From an uncultured Bacilli bacterium (lineage in GTDB: Bacteria; Bacillota_I; Bacilli_A; RF39; UBA660), in contig CANQIN010000003.1 of NCBI GenBank assembly GCA_947623995.1, positions 1 through 47,591 on the forward strand: a stretch of DNA of 47,591 bases, read 5' to 3'. The translations under genes and the position numbers were made by a program. The notes beneath the pieces were generated by a model that did no database searches, was not told the DNA's origin, and worked only from the letters and a program-made list of their open reading frames with translations. Below are positions 36,141 to 47,591 of this stretch, one piece after another. Numbering within the stretch: position 1 is the stretch's first letter; each line of letters opens with the position of its first letter.

Positions 36141-37277
36141 TTATTTTAAATTTCGATTAAATTCCCTAAATTCACTATCTGAATCTAAATCAGTTTTAAG
36201 TAGTTGTTCAAATAATTTCTTTTGATCACGTGATAATTTAGATGGTGTAATAACTTTAATAATAGCATACATATCACCTTTACGCATACTATTTGGTACT
36301 TTAAGACCTTTGCCTTTTAATTTATATTTAGCGCCCGTATTTGCTCCAGCTTTAATATCCATAACAACATTTCCATAAATAGTAGGTATTTCTTTTTTAC
36401 AACCTAAAGCGGCTTCAGCAAAATTAATTGGTACTTCAATATATAAATCTTCACCATCACGTTCATAAAATTTACTTTGTTCAACAACACATTCAATATA
36501 AATGTCACCATTTGCTCCACCATTAATACCTGCTTCACCTTTTCCAGATATTCTTAGTTGGTAGCCTGTATCAACACCTTCAGGAATATGAATAGATATT
36601 GTTTTTTTACGTTTTACATGACCAGTACCAGAACATTTTGAACAAGTTTTTTTATAACTTTTACCTTTTCCTCCACATTTTGGACAAACATTTTGACTTT
36701 GAATTACTCCAAAGATGCTTCGTTGTTCACTCATTACTCTTCCACTACCATGGCAATATGAACAAGCAGCTTCATCAAAACCACCTGCGCCATGACATTC
36801 ATCACAAGTTTCATTTAACATTAAATCAAAATCTTTATCAACTCCAAATGCAGCTTCCATGAAAGTTAAATCAACTCTTAAAAGGGTATCTTTTCCTTTA
36901 CGAGCAGATGTTCTACTACCACCGCCACCAAAGAAGTCAGAAAATCCGCCAAAGCCGCCAAAACCACCAAATGATTCACCAAAAGCAGCTCTTAAGATTT
37001 CGCCTAAATCAATATCGCTAGCATCAAAACCACCAAAACCACCTGCTCCAGCACCATCGAAAGCCGCATGGCCAAATTGGTCATATTGACTTCTTTTTTG
37101 GGGGTCAGATAAAACTGCATAAGCTTCGCCAATTTCTTTAAATTTTTCTTCCGCACCCGGTTCTTTATTTATATCAGGATGATATTGTTTTGCAAGTTTA
37201 CGAAACGCTCTTTTAATTTCTTCATCACTGGCATTTTTATCGACACCTAATACTTCATAATAATCTTTTTTATTCAT
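36141..37277 (-). CDS. dnaJ: Chaperone DnaJ
   Basis: J-domain HPD, G/F-rich region, four CxxCxGxG repeats. Confidence 0.99.
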   Translation of the reverse strand: MNKKDYYEVLGVDKNASDEEIKRAFRKLAKQYHPDINKEPGAEEKFKEIGEAYAVLSDPQKRSQYDQFGHAAFDGAGAGGFGGFDASDIDLGEILRAAFGESFGGFGGFGGFSDFFGGGGSRTSARKGKDTLLRVDLTFMEAAFGVDKDFDLMLNETCDECHGAGGFDEAACSYCHGSGRVMSEQRSIFGVIQSQNVCPKCGGKGKSYKKTCSKCSGTGHVKRKKTISIHIPEGVDTGYQLRISGKGEAGINGGANGDIYIECVVEQSKFYERDGEDLYIEVPINFAEAALGCKKEIPTIYGNVVMDIKAGANTGAKYKLKGKGLKVPNSMRKGDMYAIIKVITPSKLSRDQKKLFEQLLKTDLDSDSEFREFNRNLK

Positions 37278-39073
37278 TACGCATCACCTTCATATATTTC
37301 TCTAAATTTAGCTATTAAAGAATCAAAATATTCAATTGCGCGTTTGTATGTTTCAGCACTTTCTAAATCAATTTTTAAAATAGCATATATTTCGGTTGGA
37401 TTTTTATCAGAACCAGTCTTTAAAAACTTCAAATAATTTTCTAACATTTCTTTATCACCATTAATTATTTTATCAGCCACATTAGCCGCTACACAAACAC
37501 AAATGGCATAGCTAAATAAATAATAATTCATATAATAATGACTTCTGGTAACCCAACCATCTTTAAGATATTTATGAGTTTTAACACTAGGTCCTAAATA
37601 TTTTTTAAGACTTTTTTTAGATAAATTATCTAAGTATTCTTTAGTTAAGCTTCCATCATTAGCCACAACTTGATACATATCTTTTTCCATTAAACCTTCT
37701 CTTACCGCACCAAATAAATTATTTTCAATGACATTTAAAATATTTTCAATACCAGATAATTTTTCTTCTTTACTACTACCTTTTTTAGCTAAATAATTAG
37801 ATAGTAAAAATTCATTAGTTAAAGAGGCAACTTCACAAACAATATTAGGACTTTCTAAATATTGTAATGGATTATTTTCTTTAATAAATTGATGATGAAC
37901 ATTATGTCCAGCTTCATGTGCAATTGTGGATACCGAATCTAAATTACCATTAAAACTTAATAATATTCTGGAATCTTGTTTTAGAGTTCCAAAAGAATAA
38001 CCACCACTACATTTACCTTGATATTCACAATAATCAATATAACGATTAGTAATAATCTTTTCAAACTTATTTAAATATTCTTTACCTAAAGGTTCTAAAG
38101 AATTTCTAATAATATTCTGAGCCTCTTTAATACTATATTCTTTTTTATTATGACTCATTGGTAAAGCTATATCATAATAATTAAATGGTTCTAATTTTAA
38201 AACATCTTTTTTTAATTCATAAAATTTATGTAAAACATCTAAATTTTTTTCGGTTGTTTCACATAATGTTTTAAATACTTTATCACTTAATTCTAAAGAA
38301 AATAATTTTTGTTCCCATGAACTAGAAAATTTATAAATACTTGCTAATTGTTCTTCCATACTTATATATGAATTTAATAAATTAGCATTAACATCACTAT
38401 ATTGGTCAATTACTTTATGAAAATTCATATAAGCTTTTTTTCTAACTTCTTCTTTTGGATTACGCATTAATTTACGAAAATTAGTTGAAGTAATTAAGAC
38501 TTTTTCACCATCAACTGTAACATAACCATAATGATGATTTTTATTTAACATAGTTGATGAAATATCATCAAAATGATCCATAGCATTAACTAATTTAGTT
38601 ACAATAATATCTTCTTCTTCATTTAAAATATGATCTTTAAAACGATAAATATCATCTAAAACAGCTTTATATTCATTTAATTTAGGATTTTTAGTAAATA
38701 AAGATTGATATTCTTCTTTACTTAATTTTAATAGTTCTGGATTAAAAAAACTTAAAGCTGTTTCTAATTTTCCATTTAAAATAATTGTTTTATTTTTTCT
38801 TTCAATATTTTTAGATATTCCTAGTTCTTGGTCATTAATTAAATGAGCATAGACATATAAATCTTCAAATAAAGCTAAAGTATTTATTTCAAAATTTAAA
38901 AATTCATATAATTTATCTGCATCTTTAGTACAACCAACATAATTTTTAATTTTATTAATATTATTTTCTAATTCTTGTAAAGATTTATTAAATTCTTCTT
39001 CATTTTTAAAGAAAGATGTTAAATCCCATTTGTATTCTTCTTCTACTTCATCTCTAGTCTTATATGTTTTCAA
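37277..39073 (-). CDS. pepF: Oligoendopeptidase F (M3B)
   Basis: YKWDL, GK.SGGYS, HEAGH and EVAS..NE motifs. TTG start after RBS AGAGG. Confidence 0.93.
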   Translation of the reverse strand: MKTYKTRDEVEEEYKWDLTSFFKNEEEFNKSLQELENNINKIKNYVGCTKDADKLYEFLNFEINTLALFEDLYVYAHLINDQELGISKNIERKNKTIILNGKLETALSFFNPELLKLSKEEYQSLFTKNPKLNEYKAVLDDIYRFKDHILNEEEDIIVTKLVNAMDHFDDISSTMLNKNHHYGYVTVDGEKVLITSTNFRKLMRNPKEEVRKKAYMNFHKVIDQYSDVNANLLNSYISMEEQLASIYKFSSSWEQKLFSLELSDKVFKTLCETTEKNLDVLHKFYELKKDVLKLEPFNYYDIALPMSHNKKEYSIKEAQNIIRNSLEPLGKEYLNKFEKIITNRYIDYCEYQGKCSGGYSFGTLKQDSRILLSFNGNLDSVSTIAHEAGHNVHHQFIKENNPLQYLESPNIVCEVASLTNEFLLSNYLAKKGSSKEEKLSGIENILNVIENNLFGAVREGLMEKDMYQVVANDGSLTKEYLDNLSKKSLKKYLGPSVKTHKYLKDGWVTRSHYYMNYYLFSYAICVCVAANVADKIINGDKEMLENYLKFLKTGSDKNPTEIYAILKIDLESAETYKRAIEYFDSLIAKFREIYEGDA

Positions 39074-39104
39074 AATAAACCTCTTTTCTATTAAACGCGT
39101 GAAA

Positions 39105-39124
39105 GGTTCTAGTTTCCTAGAACC
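39105..39124 (-). terminator. Hairpin between dnaK and pepF
   Basis: GGTTCTAG-N4-CTAGAACC with only a short T tail on the minus strand. Confidence 0.6.
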
Positions 39125-39135
39125 ATCACTTTTAA

Positions 39136-41516
<2,381 letters not shown>

Positions 41517-41517
41517 C

Positions 41518-42525
41518 TTAATCCTCCTTATTTAATTGTTCATTAATATATGATAAAAGGCCAACAACCCTAGCATATTCCATTCGCTTAGGTCCTATAA
41601 TAGCAATTGTCCCATCTTCCCCATTACGATGGAATGTAGTTTTAATAATCGTTACATTAGGGTCAAATTCATTTTCACCACCAATATAAACATTAACTCC
41701 TTCTTCATCATCACTTGCTTCAATCTTATTAATAAAATTTTCATCATCAAATTTAGAAAGAATTTTTTTAACTTCTTCTACATTATTATATTCTGGAGCA
41801 TCTAATAAAAAGTTTGCTCCACTAACATGAACATTTTCATGAACTTTACTTGCAAAATCATGAAATGTTTTAGAAAAAATATTATATACTGTTTCATATT
41901 GTTTAATTTTATCAGCAATAATTGGTTTAATTTCATATTCAAGTCTTTCTGAAACTTTTCTAATTGGTGTTCCAATAAGCATTTTATTAATAATATCACA
42001 AGTTTTAACAATTTCATCAATATTAATATTATTAGGCAAGTTAAATTGTTTATTTTGAACAATACCATGATCAGTACATACTAAAGCAACAATCTTATTA
42101 TTAGCTAATGGAATAATCGATACTTGTTGTAAAGTATTATCCATTGATTTTTTTCCTAAAACAATACTTGTATAATTAGTTATTTCACTAATTATTTCAA
42201 CACATTGATTAATCGCATCAGATAGTTGTAATTCCTGATTTTGAAAAATTGTTTGTAATTTTAAAACATCTTCACCAGTTAATTCTTTAGGTTTCATTAG
42301 TTTTTCAACATAATACTTATAACCTTTTTCTGATGGAATACGACCAGAAGAGATATGATTTTTCTCTAAAAAACCTAATTCTTCTAATTTAGCCATTTCA
42401 TTTCTAATTGTAGCCGATGAACATTGTAACTTTTTGCACAACGACTTACTTCCAACAGGCTTAACTGTTTTAATATAAGATTCCACAATATACTTTAGAA
42501 TACTTTCTTGTCTATTGTTCATCAT
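41518..42525 (-). CDS. hrcA: Heat-inducible repressor HrcA
   Basis: PVGSK, SSATIRNEM, SSGRIPS and IIGPKRMEY motifs. Start placed at ATG 42525 after AGAGG. Confidence 0.97.
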   Translation of the reverse strand: MMNNRQESILKYIVESYIKTVKPVGSKSLCKKLQCSSATIRNEMAKLEELGFLEKNHISSGRIPSEKGYKYYVEKLMKPKELTGEDVLKLQTIFQNQELQLSDAINQCVEIISEITNYTSIVLGKKSMDNTLQQVSIIPLANNKIVALVCTDHGIVQNKQFNLPNNINIDEIVKTCDIINKMLIGTPIRKVSERLEYEIKPIIADKIKQYETVYNIFSKTFHDFASKVHENVHVSGANFLLDAPEYNNVEEVKKILSKFDDENFINKIEASDDEEGVNVYIGGENEFDPNVTIIKTTFHRNGEDGTIAIIGPKRMEYARVVGLLSYINEQLNKED

Positions 42526-42535
42526 TTCACATCCT

Positions 42536-42562
42536 CTAGCACCTAATATATGCAAGTGCTAA
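42536..42562. promoter_or_regulatory. CIRCE element 1
   Basis: CTAGCACCT-N9-AAGTGCTAA versus consensus TTAGCACTC-N9-GAGTGCTAA. Confidence 0.85.
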
Positions 42563-42566
42563 ATTA

Positions 42567-42594
42567 ATTATACTAAAAAATTAGCACTTGTCAA
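42567..42594 (-). promoter_or_regulatory. sigmaA promoter of the hrcA operon
   Basis: TTGACA-N16-TATAAT. Confidence 0.8.
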
Positions 42595-42607
42595 TATAAA
42601 ATGCTAA
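42581..42607. promoter_or_regulatory. CIRCE element 2, overlapping the -35 box
   Basis: TTAGCACTT-N9-AAATGCTAA. Confidence 0.8.
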
Positions 42608-42685
42608 TTTAAATTAAAATATGTAAATAATAGTAAATTACTATTTCTGCAAAACATAGATTATTTAATAATATTAAATAATACT

Positions 42686-42928
42686 TTATGATATTATCAT
42701 TGGTTCAACAATTTCCCATTCTTCTTCTAGCATTTCTTCTGGATCAGCAGGTATAGAAACAGGAACATCATCAATATCTATAGTTACAACTTCTTCAACA
42801 CTAGGTTCAGATATTATATTATTAAATGTATTATTTACATTATTCTTTGTTTTTATAATAAAAATTGAACTTATAAAAATTATTATAGCCATAATTAAAA
42901 TTACTATTACTTTTTTATTTTCAAACAT
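42686..42928 (-). CDS. Small single-TM protein with an acidic tail
   Basis: RBS AAGGTGA, N-terminal hydrophobic helix, D/E/P-rich C-terminus. Confidence 0.65.
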   Translation of the reverse strand: MFENKKVIVILIMAIIIFISSIFIIKTKNNVNNTFNNIISEPSVEEVVTIDIDDVPVSIPADPEEMLEEEWEIVEPMIIS

Positions 42929-42981
42929 TTCTATCACCTTTCTTTTTTATTATGTTTTTAGTCAAATAATTTAAATATTAG

Positions 42982-45900
42982 TTAAAAATTAAATTTTGGC
43001 CCGCCAATATTATTTCTCACTGTTACACTATCAGCAATTGTTATAACAGCAGTAGAGGCATTTTTAACTACAGTTGGATAATTAGAACTTGAATTTTCAA
43101 TTATTGTATTTCCTGTTATATTTACATTAGAATTTGTATAACAATAAAGTGCATTAGAATTTGAAGCAGAAATTCCGCCACCACTAATACTAGCTTTACC
43201 TCTTATTACTAATGGTATTTTTTGATCACTAAATGAAGAGATTTTTCCACCAGTCATATTTAAAGTTGTATTTTCAAAAGTTGAAACTAATACTGATGCA
43301 TCCCCATAAATATTACCTCCATAAATATTTAGAGTCCCTGCTGTTATAGCAATTATTGAATTTGAACCATTAGTAGTAATATCAGCTGTTTTATCTATTG
43401 TTATAGTTCCGCTGCTACTTATTGCAGTACCTACTTCAGATTTTATTGTTCCACCATTAATAGTTGTATTATTTACATTACCAACTGATATTCCATTCGA
43501 ACTTTTAATTGTTCCTCCATTAATAGTTGATGTGCCAGCAACATATACAGCATAAGAAACATCACTAGTAATTGTTCCGTCAGTCATATTTAAAGAACCA
43601 GTACTACTGACATTAACTGTAATAGTATTAGCTGCCATAATATTTCCTCCATTAATATTTAAAGTTCCATAAGTATATATTGCTGGATATTTAGTATTAT
43701 TATCACCAACACTTATATTAGCTGTACCATTAATTGTTAAGGTTGAAGATGCTTGATTAGATATAGCATTACTATTTTCAGATGATATACTACCACCACC
43801 TATAGTCGAATTACCTTTATTATAAAAAGCAACTAAACTTTCACTCTTTACAGTTCCATTTTTCATTTCTAAACTACCAGATGTTCCAACATATACCGCA
43901 GCATTTGTCGAAGATGAAATATTTCCTCCACTTATATTAGCTTCTCCTAAATTATATAAACCATATTGTTCGGTATTATTTATAAATCCATTAGTCATAT
44001 TTAAAGAACCTGTATCAGCTACATAAACTGTAGGCGTCTTAGATGCCGAACTAGTTCCTCCATTAATATTTAAAGTCCCATATGTTAAAATAGCTGGATA
44101 TGAAGTAGTATCACATGAACCACTTACATTTGCCGTTCCAGTAATAGTTGCTTCACTGCGATTAATTATGGCATTTTTATTTGATGATATATAACCACCA
44201 CTAATTGTTAAAGTTCCACTATTACTTACACCTACTCCGTCTTCACTTTTTATAGTACCATTTGTAATTTCTATTATTGCTTTTTGGTCATTATTTACAG
44301 CAGCACCTGTTGAAGAATTCATTTCCCCACCGTTCATATAAGCACTTCCAAAATTATATAATGCATGCGCACTATTGCTAGTTATACTCCCAGATGTCAT
44401 ATTTAAAGAACCTGTATCAGTTACATAAACAGCAGTAATATTTTCAGCTGAAATATTTCCACCATTAATATTTAAAGTTCCATAAGTATATACTGTTGGA
44501 AATTGAGTATTACTATCAGCAGTACTTATATTAGCTGTACCATTAATTGTTAAAGTCGAATTTTCTCTATTATTTATAGAATTATTATTTACAGATGATA
44601 TATTACCTCCACTAATAGTTGAAGTACCACTATTAAATAAAGCAACACCATCAACATTTGTAACATTACCAGATGTCATATTTAAAGAACCAGAATCATT
44701 TACGTAAACTGTAGAAGTTTTTGAAGCCAAAATAGTTCCACCATTAATATTTAAATTTCCATAAGTATATATTGTTGGATATCCAGCAGTATCACTACCA
44801 CTTACATTAACTAGACCACTAATTGTTAAAGTCGAAGAGGCTTGATTAATAATAGCATTACCACTTTCCGAAGATATTTTACCACCACTAATAGTTGAAA
44901 TACCACTATTATTGATAGCAGAAGAGCCATCACTTGAAACTGTACCTGCTGTCATATTTAAAGAACCAGTATTACTCACATAAATTGTAGAACTTTTAGA
45001 TGACGTAATAGTTCCACCATTAATATTTAATTTACCATTATTAAATATTAAATATTGAAAATCATAATCTCCACTACTTTCAGATATTATATCAGTATTA
45101 TTAATATTTAAAATCCCACAGTTATTTAATAATAAATTGCTTTTCAAACTATTTGTTTTAACAATTATGTTTTTTAATGTTATATCATTATTACTTTCAT
45201 TTGTTATAAATCCATTATTAGCTATTATTGTATATTTATTTTCACCATCGCTTGTTATGATTTCTTTTTTATTAGCTATATTTAAACTTAGTGGTTCACT
45301 TGTTATATCTGTTAATAATATTATTTGTCCTTCATTTTTTACTTGTTTATATCCTTTTTCCACTGTTAATATTGGATTATTTCTACTTCCATCACCAGTT
45401 TCATCATTCCCATCTTTAGAAACATATACTGTTTCATAAGCCACATTTACTTTTTTACTTATTTCTTTACTATTTCCAACATTATCAGTTACCTTTACAT
45501 ACACTATATAACTTCCATCAGCTTTGTCATTAAATGTATATGTTGATCCATCATTTTTTTGATATGGTTGTTTATCTATTTTATATTCATAATATGCTAT
45601 ATCACTACCTGCATCTTTACTTGCACTAGCATCTATAATAATTTTATTTTCTTCTACCTTTGCTATAAATGATACTTCTGGATCATCTTTATCAATATTT
45701 GTTATATTTTGAGATATTGGATATGTATAGATATTTCCAGCATTATCTTGGACCTTTATTATGATGTTTTCTTCATTCACTTGATATTCTTTAGTATTTT
45801 CTAATTGCCAAGAAGTTCCACCATCAAAGCTATATCTATTTGTATCATGTAAGCCACTTCCTCCTGTATCTGCTGCTCCTTCTATTGTTAAGGTTACACT

Positions 45901-47591
45901 TCCATTTATCCAACCATCAGTACTTTTACTTACTCTGGTTATACTTGGTGGTTCTTTTTCTATATTTGTTATTTCTTGTTTTGTTGGATAGGTATAAATA
46001 TTCCCAGCATTATCTCTTACTTTTATTATGATATTATTTTCATTTGCTGAATATTCTTTTGTGGCACTTTCTTGCCAATCTACCCCATTATTAAAACTAT
46101 ATCTTTTACTATCATGTAAGCCACTTCCTCCACTATCTGTTGCTCCTTCTATTGTTAACGTTACACTTCCATTTGTCCAACCATCAGTACTTTTACTTAC
46201 TCCAGTCATACTTGGTGGTTCTTTTTCTATGTTGGTTATACTTTGAACTGTTTGATAAGTATAAATATTCCCGGCATTATCTCTTACTTTTATTACTATA
46301 TCACTTTCATTTGATAAGTATTCTTTTGAAGCACTTGCTTGCCAATCGGTTCCATTATTAAAACTATAGGCTGCTGTATCATGTAAACCGCTTCCTCCAG
46401 AATCACTTGCTCCTTCGATTGTTAGAGTTACTGTTCCATTTGTCCAACTATCAGGACTCTTTTTTACTCCTGTTATGCTTGGTAATTCATTTTCGATGTT
46501 TGTTATTTCTTGTTTGGTTGGATATTCATAAATGTTTCCAGCATTATCTTGTACTTTTATTACAATATTACTTTCATTGGCTTTATATTCTTTGGTGTTT
46601 TCTAATTGCCAATTAACTCCTCCATCAAAACTATATCGTTCTTTATCATGTAGACCACTTCCTCCTAAGTCTTCTGCTCCATTAATAGTTAGAGTTACAC
46701 TTCCACTTGTCCAATTACTTTCACTTTTACTTACTCCACTTATACTTGGTAAACTTTGGTCTATTTTTAAAGTTGTACTTTTTGTTAAACTTCTATTTTT
46801 TGCTTTATCGAAACACCTATAATACCTTGTTTCATTATGATTCCCTGTATAGGTTTTTGATATTGTATTATCACTTAATGTTTCACTCATTTTTGTATAG
46901 TCATTATCATTTGTACTTTCTTCACAATAATCAAAGGCACTTCCACTTGATATATTACTGATATTTATTTTCACTGTTACATCTTCATTTGTCCATCCTG
47001 TTTTTTCATTTACTACTTCTATTGTTGGAGCATCTTTATCTACTTTTTCTACTGTAATATTTCTACTACTTACATTTCCTACTTGATCTTTAACATGGAT
47101 ATACCATTTGGTATTTACATCGACACTTTTCTTATATGTTTGTTCTTCGGTTAAATTATCTTGTTTTGTTAAATTTCCTTCATTTATTGTCTCACTTGTA
47201 CTATATTCATATCCTGCTATTCCACTATCTTTATCTATTACCGTTGCACTTATTTCATTTGTTTGTTCCCATTCACTACTTACATTCATACTTTTGATAT
47301 CTGGTCCATCTGTATCAATATTTGTGATACTTTGAACTTCTTCATATGTATAAATATTTCCAGCATTATCTTGTACTTTTATTACAATGTTGTTTTCATT
47401 TGCTAAATATTCTTTGGTGTTTCCTAATTGCCAATTAACTCCTCCATCAAAACTATATCTATCTTTATCATGTAGACCACTTCCTCCTAAGTCTTCTGCT
47501 CCATTTATTGTTAAAGTTACACTTCCACTTGTCCAATTACTTTCACTTTTACTTACTCCACTTATACTTGGTTCTGTATGATCGATATTTG
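42982..47591 (-). CDS. Giant repetitive surface protein (over 1530 aa, 5' end outside the window): Ig-like repeats plus a C-terminal beta-helix-like region
   Basis: The frame stays open from the track start at 47289 to the window end. ~89-aa repeats (WT.GSVTLTI.GA.D.GGSGLHD..YSF..G..WQ...KV.DNAGN), then YVSKDGNDETGDGS..NP, then GxLNINGG/LNMTxG repeats. Confidence 0.9.
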   Translation of the reverse strand, partial: NIDHTEPSISGVSKSESNWTSGSVTLTINGAEDLGGSGLHDKDRYSFDGGVNWQLGNTKEYLANENNIVIKVQDNAGNIYTYEEVQSITNIDTDGPDIKSMNVSSEWEQTNEISATVIDKDSGIAGYEYSTSETINEGNLTKQDNLTEEQTYKKSVDVNTKWYIHVKDQVGNVSSRNITVEKVDKDAPTIEVVNEKTGWTNEDVTVKINISNISSGSAFDYCEESTNDNDYTKMSETLSDNTISKTYTGNHNETRYYRCFDKAKNRSLTKSTTLKIDQSLPSISGVSKSESNWTSGSVTLTINGAEDLGGSGLHDKERYSFDGGVNWQLENTKEYKANESNIVIKVQDNAGNIYEYPTKQEITNIENELPSITGVKKSPDSWTNGTVTLTIEGASDSGGSGLHDTAAYSFNNGTDWQASASKEYLSNESDIVIKVRDNAGNIYTYQTVQSITNIEKEPPSMTGVSKSTDGWTNGSVTLTIEGATDSGGSGLHDSKRYSFNNGVDWQESATKEYSANENNIIIKVRDNAGNIYTYPTKQEITNIEKEPPSITRVSKSTDGWINGSVTLTIEGAADTGGSGLHDTNRYSFDGGTSWQLENTKEYQVNEENIIIKVQDNAGNIYTYPISQNITNIDKDDPEVSFIAKVEENKIIIDASASKDAGSDIAYYEYKIDKQPYQKNDGSTYTFNDKADGSYIVYVKVTDNVGNSKEISKKVNVAYETVYVSKDGNDETGDGSRNNPILTVEKGYKQVKNEGQIILLTDITSEPLSLNIANKKEIITSDGENKYTIIANNGFITNESNNDITLKNIIVKTNSLKSNLLLNNCGILNINNTDIISESSGDYDFQYLIFNNGKLNINGGTITSSKSSTIYVSNTGSLNMTAGTVSSDGSSAINNSGISTISGGKISSESGNAIINQASSTLTISGLVNVSGSDTAGYPTIYTYGNLNINGGTILASKTSTVYVNDSGSLNMTSGNVTNVDGVALFNSGTSTISGGNISSVNNNSINNRENSTLTINGTANISTADSNTQFPTVYTYGTLNINGGNISAENITAVYVTDTGSLNMTSGSITSNSAHALYNFGSAYMNGGEMNSSTGAAVNNDQKAIIEITNGTIKSEDGVGVSNSGTLTISGGYISSNKNAIINRSEATITGTANVSGSCDTTSYPAILTYGTLNINGGTSSASKTPTVYVADTGSLNMTNGFINNTEQYGLYNLGEANISGGNISSSTNAAVYVGTSGSLEMKNGTVKSESLVAFYNKGNSTIGGGSISSENSNAISNQASSTLTINGTANISVGDNNTKYPAIYTYGTLNINGGNIMAANTITVNVSSTGSLNMTDGTITSDVSYAVYVAGTSTINGGTIKSSNGISVGNVNNTTINGGTIKSEVGTAISSSGTITIDKTADITTNGSNSIIAITAGTLNIYGGNIYGDASVLVSTFENTTLNMTGGKISSFSDQKIPLVIRGKASISGGGISASNSNALYCYTNSNVNITGNTIIENSSSNYPTVVKNASTAVITIADSVTVRNNIGGPKFNF
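45690..46770 (-). repeat. Four tandem 267-bp intragenic repeats (a fifth copy at about 47310-47591)
   Basis: The GATAATGC(T/C)GG anchor recurs at about 45737, 46004, 46271, 46538 and 47360. Confidence 0.9.

Noticed and set aside
47289-47430. ATG 47289 as the true start, or a frameshift near 47420
   Set aside because: The frame is open to the window end, and the difference from the sister repeat at 47420 is a substitution rather than an indel.
45137-47581. Cluster of short plus-strand ORFs
   Set aside because: Antisense products of the repetitive adhesin gene. They recur with its 267-bp period.

Overview
Very AT-rich chromosomal segment read in genetic code 11 (Trp=TGG, TGA used as stop). 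It comes from a reduced-genome Bacilli lineage; the gene content and surface-protein families suggest an uncultured RF39-like gut organism (inference). The window appears to span the replication terminus: a dif-like site at 23344-23371 lies 2 kb from xerD, and core genes switch from mostly + to mostly - around it. Housekeeping content is radC-mreC-mreD, rplU-prp-rpmA with an L21 leader, obgE, 6S RNA-tcdA, rarA, gpsA-like, mnmA, proS, nusB-xseAB and hrcA-grpE-dnaK-pepF-dnaJ with two CIRCE sites. A compact sporulation set is also present (spoIVFA, spoIVFB, spoIVB, spoIIM, DUF421) with sigmaE/sigmaG-like promoters and a Spo0A box. Accessory content is a complete IS1202/ISNCY-type insertion sequence, a family of domain-shuffled surface proteins, a class B sortase, a HerA-like ATPase and a giant repeat adhesin that runs off the window end. 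The best candidates for novelty are (i) a structured ~130-nt ncRNA with its own consensus promoter inside the IS right end, convergent with the transposase, (ii) an unannotated 43-aa Asn/Arg-rich ORF behind a sigmaG-like promoter, and (iii) mix-and-match TasA-like surface proteins, with a related locus sitting behind a poly-G promoter tract. All calls come from reading the sequence by eye; no searches were run.
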